DNA of 64,000 bases from an uncultured virus (IMG/VR IMGVR_UViG_3300050343_000139) (IMGVR_UViG_3300050343_000139), one strand, 5' to 3'; shown: positions 8,586 to 16,741, counted from the stretch's first letter. The notes: generated by a model from the letters alone, not told the origin. Made by a program: numbers and translations.

Positions 8586-10721
8586 TTATCCTGTCCTTTC
8601 TTGTTTGTCGTTTGTTGTTTCTTGTACATAAGTGCGTGCTATGCCATTCAAGTCATACCAGGCTTTTGTACTCTTTGTAAAGTCATAGTTATATGTTTCG
8701 CGCTCTATTGCAGCAGCAATTAAGTTACGAAGTTGGTCATATCTTTTATGACTATGTTTTCTAGCAAACTCATCTGTTGTGCTTGCTACTGTAATCCACC
8801 CAAGTAAGATGTCCCCAGCATTACATTGAATCTCGTTAATGATATCAACTAATGCAAAGGGTGGTTTATCATTTTCATAATCCCAATCTTTAAATGGATG
8901 TCCATACGCTTTGGCTATATCCCACATAGCACCTACGAATTGTGCTTTGCCTAAGATACCATTGCGTCCTGTGTTACCTTGGAAGTATCTCAACTCCATA
9001 GTCTCGTCATGGAGTGTATTGAGTCCCATGTACTTAGCGTTATATGCTGGACTTGTTTGTTTCTCATTAAGACCTACATTAAATACAGCATGCTTTGCTT
9101 TCCACAAGCTACCCTCATCGTCTGCCACTCTATCTTCATAAGTTATCCTATCCCATCTTGCATAACTCACAGATGGTCTTTGGGTTATAGTTTGGAATAG
9201 AGGCTTGTAAAGTGGGTGGTTAACCATTGTGTCAAGCAACTCAAGGAATATCCATCGTTCAACAACTATCAATGATTCCCATGGTACGTGTATATGGATA
9301 CCACATCTGTCATCATTCAGTGCTCGAAAGTTATCCTTAAGATAATTCCAGAATACATCTGGGACTTCGTTATTCCAATAATCTAAAGACAATGGCATTG
9401 AAACATACTCAGTACCTTTATAACTATCAAGGCTACCGTCATCTTTCCTAAATAAGAGTTGGTGTGGTCCTTGTTGTCTATAGTTGTTTGGATAATCCAT
9501 TGGATGAAACAGTCTTACTGCTTTCTCCATCACACTTTGTATGTTACTTTGGTCTGCTCTATCTTCTCTGATAGTTACTTCTAATTCCATACCCAAGAAC
9601 GGTCCGCATCTCGTTTGGAAATTCATACCAGCATCAGCAGTTGTGCTGACTGACTGAAGCTCAGAACCAGGGTGACCAGCATTGTGTGTGTAGTAAAACG
9701 ATGGTCTGTAATTCCAACTATGTGAATGTACTTCGAATGGATACTCGAAGTTAATTGATTCACCTAGAGTTAGACTCTCTCCATCTATTAGGTATATAAC
9801 TAAGTCCATGTTTCTTCTCATGAACCTACCTACATTATTACTACCCCAAGAAGTTTTATCTTCTTGCATTACACGCTGACTATCTACAGATTCTTGTACA
9901 CCTGGTCTGACTATTAAGTAATCAAACTTAGATGCGTTGGTTTCATCTATAGGTACTTCAAAGTGTGCTATATCTTGTACCGCTAAGTGATTGACACATG
10001 CGTCACAAAGGTTCTTTGCACGACTCCAGTTCTTATAGTTCTGTCTTGGTCTCATATCCTTGACAGGTACCATTCTTGACCTAGGTTTGTCATACAAACT
10101 ACAGTTGTAGCATCTTGTATAGTTCCTATCCTCAGACAGTGCACTTCGTCCACTGTAGCTTGTAAGGTAGAACTGACCATCAGGTCTAGAAAAAGACCAC
10201 ATTGTTGAGTGTCTATGGAACCTATCTCTGCACAACAATTTTGGAATACCATTTAGTAATACAAACCAGTTGTCCTGAGTTTGTGCCCATGACTCATCAT
10301 CTGCAAGAACCATAATAAACAAACTATGTTTGTTCATATTTAAGTCCCTGTAGTCTGATTGATTACCCCATGATATGTTGTCTAACTTTAACTTACGTGA
10401 AACAACGCTTATCACTTCGTAAAGGTCATCATCGTCAATGTTCCATACATGATTCTCGTACATGTATCTATGGTCACTCCACTGTTGTATATTGGCTCGG
10501 ATATCTTGTGTAACTTGTCTTGTTGCATCATCCCAACCTCTATACCTACTGAAGAGCCAAACAATTTGACCTATTGGTATTTCTATAATCTCTAACGAGT
10601 CTGTTAGATTTGTATTGAATCTCGTACCATCATCGAGTCTATTTGGTATTCGCTCGGTGAAGTTAGGGATTCTATTCTTTAAGGACTCTAAGTCCTCATG
10701 AAAAATGAGTTTTTGTCTCAT
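8586..10721 (-). CDS. COOH-NH2 ligase type 2 (amidoligase), paralogue A, with long N-terminal and Zn-finger region
   Basis: GMELEV, KDDGSL, EYVSMP, CGIHIHV, KYMGLN, TMELRYFQG; CYNC...CDAC upstream. Confidence 0.85.
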   Translation of the reverse strand: MRQKLIFHEDLESLKNRIPNFTERIPNRLDDGTRFNTNLTDSLEIIEIPIGQIVWLFSRYRGWDDATRQVTQDIRANIQQWSDHRYMYENHVWNIDDDDLYEVISVVSRKLKLDNISWGNQSDYRDLNMNKHSLFIMVLADDESWAQTQDNWFVLLNGIPKLLCRDRFHRHSTMWSFSRPDGQFYLTSYSGRSALSEDRNYTRCYNCSLYDKPRSRMVPVKDMRPRQNYKNWSRAKNLCDACVNHLAVQDIAHFEVPIDETNASKFDYLIVRPGVQESVDSQRVMQEDKTSWGSNNVGRFMRRNMDLVIYLIDGESLTLGESINFEYPFEVHSHSWNYRPSFYYTHNAGHPGSELQSVSTTADAGMNFQTRCGPFLGMELEVTIREDRADQSNIQSVMEKAVRLFHPMDYPNNYRQQGPHQLLFRKDDGSLDSYKGTEYVSMPLSLDYWNNEVPDVFWNYLKDNFRALNDDRCGIHIHVPWESLIVVERWIFLELLDTMVNHPLYKPLFQTITQRPSVSYARWDRITYEDRVADDEGSLWKAKHAVFNVGLNEKQTSPAYNAKYMGLNTLHDETMELRYFQGNTGRNGILGKAQFVGAMWDIAKAYGHPFKDWDYENDKPPFALVDIINEIQCNAGDILLGWITVASTTDEFARKHSHKRYDQLRNLIAAAIERETYNYDFTKSTKAWYDLNGIARTYVQETTNDKQERTG

Positions 10722-10788
10722 TTACCTTCCTCCTCTTCTGTACTCATTACTGATATACAGATGTCTGTTGCTTTCGCCTTTGTACAAC

Positions 10789-10817
10789 TTAGACTTATAA
10801 GCTGTACAAAAGGTTAC
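10789..10817 (-). promoter_or_regulatory. ECF-sigma-type promoter motif upstream of the amidoligase operon
   Basis: GTAACC-TTTTGTACAGCTTATAA-GTCTAAG; embedded in an inverted repeat (CCTTTGTACA...TGTACAAAAGG). Confidence 0.65.
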
Positions 10818-10832
10818 TAACAATTTTATATT

Positions 10833-11165
10833 TTATGTTATAGGAACAAATTCTTGCTCAAATATATTCCAACTTGAGTTATCATCCCATAGAGCCATAG
10901 GTTCTACACCTATATGAACGGACTCAGCTCTGCTTCCTTTAGCAGGTATGAATCCAAGTCTCTTAAATTTAAAGAATTCATCACAGTCACTTTTTGTGAA
11001 TAAATCTTTAAGTAAGCTCCTCTTACGAAACAGTCCGTTTGTCATGCTTTCCATTTCGCAAAATGTAGTACAGAACGTACTAATAAACTCTGTACCGTTT
11101 GGATAGTGTCCCAATACTATTGGTGAGATTTCTACTTCACACCAGTTACAAGTAGGCTTATTCAT
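10833..11165 (-). CDS. zinc-finger hypothetical protein
   Basis: CNWC...FCTTFC. Confidence 0.65.
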   Translation of the reverse strand: MNKPTCNWCEVEISPIVLGHYPNGTEFISTFCTTFCEMESMTNGLFRKRSLLKDLFTKSDCDEFFKFKRLGFIPAKGSRAESVHIGVEPMALWDDNSSWNIFEQEFVPIT

Positions 11166-11386
11166 TACCCCTCCTCTGTTGTATCCATAAATTCATTAGC
11201 AAAGTCTGCTAATTCGTTTACGACTTCTTCAAAGCTGATATAGTATCTATCAGCTGTTTCTGTTACTAATTCACTAACCTCTTCTTTGGTAGTGATATCT
11301 TTCTGAGATATTTCTTCTCTCAGTTCTGCTTTAGCTAAATCAATTGCTAATTGATTCTGTTCGATAAGTAGATTCTGGTTTCCCAC
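11165..11386 (-). CDS. small acidic helical protein
   Basis: GAAAGGAG SD, GTG start, coupled. Confidence 0.65.
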   Translation of the reverse strand: MGNQNLLIEQNQLAIDLAKAELREEISQKDITTKEEVSELVTETADRYYISFEEVVNELADFANEFMDTTEEG

Positions 11387-11463
11387 TTCTACTCCTTTCT
11401 TATGGTTGATAGGACTTTCCTAACACCCTAGAGCCCACCACATAGTGATGAGCTCCGAGCTAC

Positions 11464-11637
11464 TAGATGTATTCAATATCCTCGCCGAATAGAGAGTCAA
11501 GCGCTGGCCAGAAGTCCTCTGGTCCAAAGCTTCTTTCTACTATCTCAACAAAGTTATCTCCATCATCATCACTGACTGCTGTCAATGTGATAGTGTTGCT
11601 ACCTCCGTCGCCGCCTTGGTTAAGTAATGGCATCATG
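11464..11637 (-). CDS. small acidic protein (57 aa)
   Basis: Own translation MMPLLNQGGDGGSNTITLTAVSDDDGDNFVEIVE...IEYI*; GGAGG SD. Confidence 0.55.
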
Positions 11638-11647
11638 TTTATTCCTC

Positions 11648-11890
11648 CTATGCTATGTGCTTTACTAACTTGCTTGTGTGTCTTGTAAATTTCATAAGAT
11701 TTTTAATCCTACGAAGTTCACCCACTCTTCTGTCAAACTCATTAATGTGTACATCACACACCTGAGCATTAAACAAACGTGGAAATATCTCTTCTTCGAA
11801 TAAGATACTGTCGGCTTCTGATACTCTACGATTGCATGGGAATCCTTTTATATTCCACCTGCAAGTAAAGGTACGTTTAACATTACTCAT
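11648..11890 (-). CDS. hypothetical Cys/His protein
   Basis: Probable start MSNVKRTFTC after GGGAGG SD; C..C..CDVH. Confidence 0.6.
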   Translation of the reverse strand: MSNVKRTFTCRWNIKGFPCNRRVSEADSILFEEEIFPRLFNAQVCDVHINEFDRRVGELRRIKNLMKFTRHTSKLVKHIA

Positions 11891-11946
11891 GTAATTCCTC
11901 CCTTGAGTAATGGGAAGTTTGAAGGCACTTCCCAAAGCCTTGTTTA

Positions 11947-12159
11947 CTAACTAGAGAATTCAGTAAGCAGTTCGTCTAGAAAAGATTCATCTTTCATCAA
12001 CTCACTTGCTATGTCTTCTTTAGTTATTTCTTCTTTACTCACTTTGTCGAGTGTCGCATCATAAGCAAAATTGCTAAACAATTTCTTGTTCAACTCTTTC
12101 TTATCAACTTCGACTCCTAACAAAGTTAAGCGAGATTGCTCAACCTTCCTTGGTTTCAT
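11947..12159 (-). CDS. hypothetical protein
   Basis: 70 aa; AGAAAGG SD. Confidence 0.6.
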   Translation of the reverse strand: MKPRKVEQSRLTLLGVEVDKKELNKKLFSNFAYDATLDKVSKEEITKEDIASELMKDESFLDELLTEFSS

Positions 12160-12242
12160 TCTCTTTCCTTTCTACAACATTCCTGACAAGCAGGAACCAT
12201 AATATAATGAAACGGTATACCACATATTGGACATGGTTTCAT
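12156..12242 (-). CDS. 28-aa zinc-finger micropeptide
   Basis: MKPCPICGIPFHYIMVPACQECCRKERE; AAGGAGG SD; ATGA coupling. Confidence 0.55.
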   Translation of the reverse strand: MKPCPICGIPFHYIMVPACQECCRKERE

Positions 12243-12566
12243 TTCTTTACCTCCTTAGTAGTTTGCATACATGCACTGGCGCACATGTACATTTATCTTC
12301 TGCCATTGTATGGCTCGTCTTTCATAGTTTTTAATAAGGCTATTAGAACACAGAGTCCTGCTAGCCCAACGTATAGTGGGAACATAAGTCCTACCTTTCT
12401 TTTACGCTTCGTCGAATACTGGTATTCCATTAATCTCATAACATTCGCAACCTACTGCTTCACCAAACTCGTTATTGGGGTGAACCATAGTTACGCATAC
12501 CTGAAAGAAACTAGATAGAAATAGTTTCCATGGACTCATGAGTTACCTTCCTTTCTTTATGTCAAT

Positions 12567-12592
12567 AAAAAAGCCCACCAATTTGGTGAGCT
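12567..12592 (-). terminator. rho-independent terminator
   Basis: AGCTCACCAAATTGGTGGGC followed by TTTTTT on the minus strand, downstream of the exonuclease. Confidence 0.75.
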
Positions 12593-12601
12593 CATAGTAT
12601 G

Positions 12602-12630
12602 TAAGCAGTTTTATGTCTTGCTCAGGACAT
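12602..12630 (-). ncRNA. compact H-type pseudoknot motif
   Basis: ATGTC-CTGAGCAA-GACAT-AAAAC-TGCTTA: stem ATGTC/GACAT plus loop (G)AGCA pairing with TGCT(T). Confidence 0.5.
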
Positions 12631-12637
12631 CGACTAA

Positions 12638-13336
12638 TTAAACAAAGTAAAAGTCATCTGATTTAGTTTTAATCTCTTCTATTCTGTGATAGATTTTAGT
12701 AAGCATTTGTACATCCACTAATGCATCATGCCCCTCAAAGTCATTATCAAATCCCATCCAAGCTGCTACTGCTTTTTGTGAATGCTTTCTTTGTGGATAC
12801 ATCTTGACTAATTCATCTTTAGTATCTCTCCAATTGAATACTGGTAAGATTACATTGTACTTCTCAGCCATCTGTTCTAGTACTGATTTATCAAATCCAA
12901 AGGCATTATGTGCCACTACTGTTTTATCATTGAGTATTCTTGCTAGTTCTGGATATATATCTGTGAAGTTAACTAAGTCTGTTCTTAGTAGGTACTCATC
13001 TCTTGAGTGACCATGTATTGATGTAGCCCAGTCCTTTCTTGAGTGATAATCCTTATGAGGCATAAGTCTCCATGAGTATTCTTTGTAACCAGATTTGGTT
13101 GAGCTATCTAGTACTGATGTATCTATTAATGCTATTTGTATAGCGTCATACCAAGTCTTACCCTTAAAGTAACCCCATTTCTTGTCAGGGTGATTAGTAA
13201 TGTTTGCACCAGTTGTTTCAAAGTCTAGTATTACTACACCTTTCTGTTCTACTGATTCACTCATACTTTCTATCCTACCTTCCATAACCTTATCTTTCTC
13301 TGCTTTCCATAGTTCATAAAGTTGGGCACCATTCAT
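12638..13336 (-). CDS. DEDDh 3'-5' exonuclease (DnaQ-like)
   Basis: ILDFETTG, IHG, VAHNAFGFD, HDALVDV motifs. Confidence 0.92.
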   Translation of the reverse strand: MNGAQLYELWKAEKDKVMEGRIESMSESVEQKGVVILDFETTGANITNHPDKKWGYFKGKTWYDAIQIALIDTSVLDSSTKSGYKEYSWRLMPHKDYHSRKDWATSIHGHSRDEYLLRTDLVNFTDIYPELARILNDKTVVAHNAFGFDKSVLEQMAEKYNVILPVFNWRDTKDELVKMYPQRKHSQKAVAAWMGFDNDFEGHDALVDVQMLTKIYHRIEEIKTKSDDFYFV

Positions 13337-13541
13337 GTCTGTTCCTTTCTATATATAGACACACCAGACAGCACACTATTCATTTGCATGCTGTCTATCT
13401 ATCTACTTAGTTAACCCAATAACTTCTTTCCATTTAGGAAATATATTATTAAGTAACTGTACAACCATGAACACTGACACAGCAGTAATCACAATTGCTT
13501 GTATTAATTGCATATCCATAAGATATCCTTTCTTTAGTTAT

Positions 13542-13772
13542 TTATAATTGACTCTCTGGCTTATATGCAGAATCAAGCATGTTATTTAGCTCTACTGTTG
13601 TAGAGTAGATATTGTCATTCATTCTTCTCTTGACTGAAACAACAAGCTTGTTATGCAACTCTTCTGTATCTTTAAGAGTCAACAGTTTAGCCACTACTGT
13701 AAATGCTTTCTCCAATTCCTCGGTATCAATAAGCACTTCTTTATTATTATTTATTATGTTAGGCATAGTCAT
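13542..13772 (-). CDS. hypothetical protein, first gene of the leftward cassette
   Basis: AAGGAG SD; 76 aa. Confidence 0.65.
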   Translation of the reverse strand: MTMPNIINNNKEVLIDTEELEKAFTVVAKLLTLKDTEELHNKLVVSVKRRMNDNIYSTTVELNNMLDSAYKPESQL

Positions 13773-13843
13773 TAGTATCTCCTTTTATATAATTATACAA
13801 TATCTAATTATTAGATACTGTTACTTGTCTAGCTGTAATGAGT

Positions 13844-13920
13844 GAGACCCTAGGGGGGGTTCCAAATCAAAAAACAACTATCAAGGGTAAACCCAAGCAC
13901 CGTGCACAAATTTTCTCGTT
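13844..13920. other. putative packaging (pac/cos) or genome-end region
   Basis: GAGACCCTAGGGGGGGTTCC G-run in non-coding DNA at the strand switch immediately upstream of terS. Confidence 0.4.
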
Positions 13921-13965
13921 TTGAATGCCATTTCAACTAGGCACTTATGTTAAAATTACCTCATT

Positions 13966-14421
13966 ATGGGTAGAAAAAGTAAAATATCCCCCAATCTTAT
14001 AGAGGATGTGTGTAATTGGCTTAAATTAGGCTATTATCAGGAAGATGCAGCTGTTATGGCTGGTATTTCCCCCTCTACCTTCTATGAATGGATGAAGAAG
14101 GGTGACGAAATGGACGACATTATAGAGGAAGATAAAGCCCTACCGTCTCCAGACTCTTCCTTACCAGCAACACAGGAGGCTGTAAAGATTGAGGTTGTTA
14201 ACATGTACTCGGAGTTTTCGGAGGCAGTAAAGCGAGCGCGAGCTGAAGCCGAGGGTGCTCACATACGTAATATCAGGCGAGCTGCAGATAATGGCAGCTG
14301 GCAAGCCAGTGCGTGGTGGTTAGAGCGAAGTTTTCCTAAGAAATGGGGTAAGAGGTCAGCCATAGAGATAGGCGGGGAGGGTGGAGAGCCAATCAAGTTT
14401 AGCGTTGAGTACGGCGACTAA
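13966..14421 (+). CDS. terminase small subunit-like protein
   Basis: MGRKSK, HTH (AAVMAGISPSTFYEW), FSEAVKRARAEAE, WQASAWWLER..P..WG, C-terminal G..GEPIK; extended -10 TGTTAAAAT just upstream. Confidence 0.8.
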   Translation: MGRKSKISPNLIEDVCNWLKLGYYQEDAAVMAGISPSTFYEWMKKGDEMDDIIEEDKALPSPDSSLPATQEAVKIEVVNMYSEFSEAVKRARAEAEGAHIRNIRRAADNGSWQASAWWLERSFPKKWGKRSAIEIGGEGGEPIKFSVEYGD

Positions 14422-14682
14422 GCTCCCCACACAAATATCTCCAAAAACAACGGGCGTTCAACAAGGCATGAAATAAAAAAATTTTTACGCCTCCAACTAC
14501 ACTAAAGGTGGAAAAACACTAAAAACAAGGGCCTTTAGGTTGGTCATTATATGGTTATTGTTAGTCCTATTATGATTTAGGAAAGCTATATAGTATAAGG
14601 GCAATGAGTAATTTCATTCCGCTGCAAGAATTATTAAGTGTACCTGACTGGTATAAGGACGGAGAGTGTCTATAATTACTAA

Positions 14683-15156
14683 ATGGATAAAGTTCATCAA
14701 AGGTTAACCGTAAGAGAATTTGAAGACCTTAAAAGACAACTATCTAAAATTATACAAAGAAACAATATCAAGAGTTTCAAAGAGTTACAAGAAAAATTAT
14801 CTTTCTATACACCAATAAACTCAAATCAATTAAGAAATGCTTTAAGAGTACTAGGAGTAGAAAAGGATACATACTATTACTTAGGTAATAATGAAAATAT
14901 ACCCAATAAGTTAATGAAAACTTGTATGAGATGTGAAGAATCCAAGAAATTTACAAACTTTAAAAGTCGTAGAGAGTACTTTTCTTCTGCACATAGGTTA
15001 AATATATGTAACGAATGCATAAGAGAAGAGCATAACGTTCTAGGTACATCAGTAAATGACTTACTAAGTATATATGAGTATATGGAGTTTAGGTATAAAA
15101 GTGATTTAAGACCTGAATATTACAAAAGATTTTGGGAAAAATATAAATATGTCTAG
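14683..15156 (+). CDS. hypothetical protein with zinc ribbon
   Basis: KTCMRC...ICNEC. Confidence 0.7.
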   Translation: MDKVHQRLTVREFEDLKRQLSKIIQRNNIKSFKELQEKLSFYTPINSNQLRNALRVLGVEKDTYYYLGNNENIPNKLMKTCMRCEESKKFTNFKSRREYFSSAHRLNICNECIREEHNVLGTSVNDLLSIYEYMEFRYKSDLRPEYYKRFWEKYKYV

Positions 15157-15246
15157 AGTTTCATTACTTTAATAGCCCAGTGGACTAAAAGAGCTAAGCA
15201 AAGTGTAACTACTATATCCAAAATTACCTACCCTACTTTGATTTAT

Positions 15247-15492
15247 TTATGGCTCAATCATGATGCATTCGCCTGGGCACTCTTCAGCAGATTCTATTAC
15301 ATCATTTTCTAAACCCTTTGGAACAACAGCTAAACCTTGAGCTCCTTCTTCGTTACCATTTTCTTTTGAGAATACTTTATCGCCTTCTTTAACATAAAAT
15401 AAACCATCATCTAATCCAACAAACACATCAGGTGCTATTTCTTCGCACAGTCCATCACCAGTGCATAAATCTTGGTCTATCCAAACTTTCAT
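15247..15492 (-). CDS. fdx: single-cluster ferredoxin (actinobacterial type)
   Basis: MKVWIDQDLCTGDGLCEEIAPDVF...AEECPGECI: CxxDxxC...CP. Confidence 0.92.
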   Translation of the reverse strand: MKVWIDQDLCTGDGLCEEIAPDVFVGLDDGLFYVKEGDKVFSKENGNEEGAQGLAVVPKGLENDVIESAEECPGECIMIEP

Positions 15493-15761
15493 TTTTTTAA
15501 AGTACTCGCTGTAAGTATTGCACCGAATGATAAGTGAAATAATCCACCACCTTGAAGAGTGAATGGTTCGTGTTGTGATACAAGTTTCTTTAGATACTCC
15601 ATTTGTACTAATGGGTCTTCTATAAGAGTTAAATACTGCATATAGTCAGCTAAATCTAAATCCATTCTTGCTATTCCGTAATATATAGGAACTAGCATAA
15701 AGTCGTACACACATATTACTAGATAGACTATTAACGCAGCAAAACGCCATTTATCTTTCAT
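15489..15761 (-). CDS. membrane protein (holin-like, two TM)
   Basis: YLVICVYDF..VP and PFTLQGGGLFHLSFGAIL pattern. Confidence 0.7.
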   Translation of the reverse strand: MKDKWRFAALIVYLVICVYDFMLVPIYYGIARMDLDLADYMQYLTLIEDPLVQMEYLKKLVSQHEPFTLQGGGLFHLSFGAILTASTLKK

Positions 15762-15871
15762 TTGCAGTTAAAACAGGTTTCGTAAGTGCTCCCTTCTATT
15801 TTATAAAAATAGCTACTACAACCATCTTTTTTACAATAAACCATATTATCGGAGCATTTATTGTTAATCAT
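15758..15871 (-). CDS. 37-aa Cys-rich micropeptide
   Basis: MINNKCSDNMVYCKKDGCSSYFYKIEGSTYETCFNCK; ATGA overlap with the next gene. Confidence 0.55.
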   Translation of the reverse strand: MINNKCSDNMVYCKKDGCSSYFYKIEGSTYETCFNCK

Positions 15872-15872
15872 G

Positions 15873-16055
15873 TTACATAAGATTTCCAACTAGTGCAGAT
15901 AATGCACCAACTGCAACTACCCATCCAAATAATTCTTGCCTACCTATTTTTGTGTTAACTTTTTCATGCAATTCATCTATTTGTTTATTAATTTCTTTTT
16001 GACCTTCCAATATCATAACTAACATTTCCTTCTGTGTGAATCCGTTATCTGGCAT
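15873..16055 (-). CDS. coiled-coil plus C-terminal TM protein
   Basis: 60 aa; heptads followed by a hydrophobic tail. Confidence 0.7.
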   Translation of the reverse strand: MPDNGFTQKEMLVMILEGQKEINKQIDELHEKVNTKIGRQELFGWVVAVGALSALVGNLM

Positions 16056-16144
16056 TAGTTACTCACCTCGCAAAATTCACTCCCATATTTACAATTACAT
16101 ATTTGAACAAAAGAGCCATCTTTCTGAGTAGTAACACTACACAT
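16055..16144 (-). CDS. 29-aa Cys-rich micropeptide
   Basis: MCSVTTQKDGSFVQICNCKYGSEFCEVSN; TAATG overlaps at both ends. Confidence 0.65.
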   Translation of the reverse strand: MCSVTTQKDGSFVQICNCKYGSEFCEVSN

Positions 16145-16203
16145 TAGTTAACTCCATTGATAGGGCAAGTTGAACACATACCTGTACATAAACCGCAAAT
16201 CAT
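16144..16203 (-). CDS. 19-aa Cys-rich micropeptide
   Basis: MICGLCTGMCSTCPINGVN; ATGA and TAATG overlaps; AGGAG SD. Confidence 0.6.
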   Translation of the reverse strand: MICGLCTGMCSTCPINGVN

Positions 16204-16469
16204 TTTTTACTCCTGTCTATTTTACTAAAAGCATCATTGATTTCTTCTATACTTAAATTACCGTCATCAAGAAAAGCTCTTGCTAAATCTTCTGAAACTT
16301 TCACTACTCCCAATGTACCAGCTAAAATTATTGCATCGAGTATTTCGATACCAATTAATGAACCAGCACCTATAGTAGCTAGACCATTAGCTGTAAAAGT
16401 AGCAACCATACGCCAAAATATTTGTTTTATTTTGTACCATGTACCCTGTTTTTTAATACGCTTAGCCAT
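16200..16469 (-). CDS. membrane protein (holin-like)
   Basis: RMVATF...two TM segments...AFLDDG.L...EIN.AF. Confidence 0.75.
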   Translation of the reverse strand: MAKRIKKQGTWYKIKQIFWRMVATFTANGLATIGAGSLIGIEILDAIILAGTLGVVKVSEDLARAFLDDGNLSIEEINDAFSKIDRSKK

Positions 16470-16477
16470 TGTTATGG

Positions 16478-16738
16478 TTAGTCTCTAATATAAATTGTTA
16501 AAAGCCATATTATTACAGAAGCTACGATAGCTACTCCTATAATATCTTGAGCACTACCTGTTAAAGTAAACCAAGCTATAAAAAAGCCTAGTAAGGTAAA
16601 TATTTGTGCAATAGACTCTTTTAATGCATCTAATACCCATTTACCTAAGAATCTTAGATTTTTTACTTGAATTACATACTTCAGTATTTCAAAAGGCATT
16701 CCTAAAGCTTTACCTAATAATGATATTATTTTCTTCAT
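16478..16738 (-). CDS. membrane protein
   Basis: Two C-terminal TM helices (FTLLGFFIAWFTLTGSA). Confidence 0.75.
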   Translation of the reverse strand: MKKIISLLGKALGMPFEILKYVIQVKNLRFLGKWVLDALKESIAQIFTLLGFFIAWFTLTGSAQDIIGVAIVASVIIWLLTIYIRD

Positions 16739-16741
16739 TGA

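Noticed and set aside
7598..8629. ORF-track start of the GATase at 8629
   Set aside because: Ntn enzymes need Cys at position 2; the SD supports ATG at 8581.
12150..12518. 122-aa plus-strand ORF
   Set aside because: Antisense to a chain of SD-led, coupled minus-strand micro-ORFs; no recognisable features.
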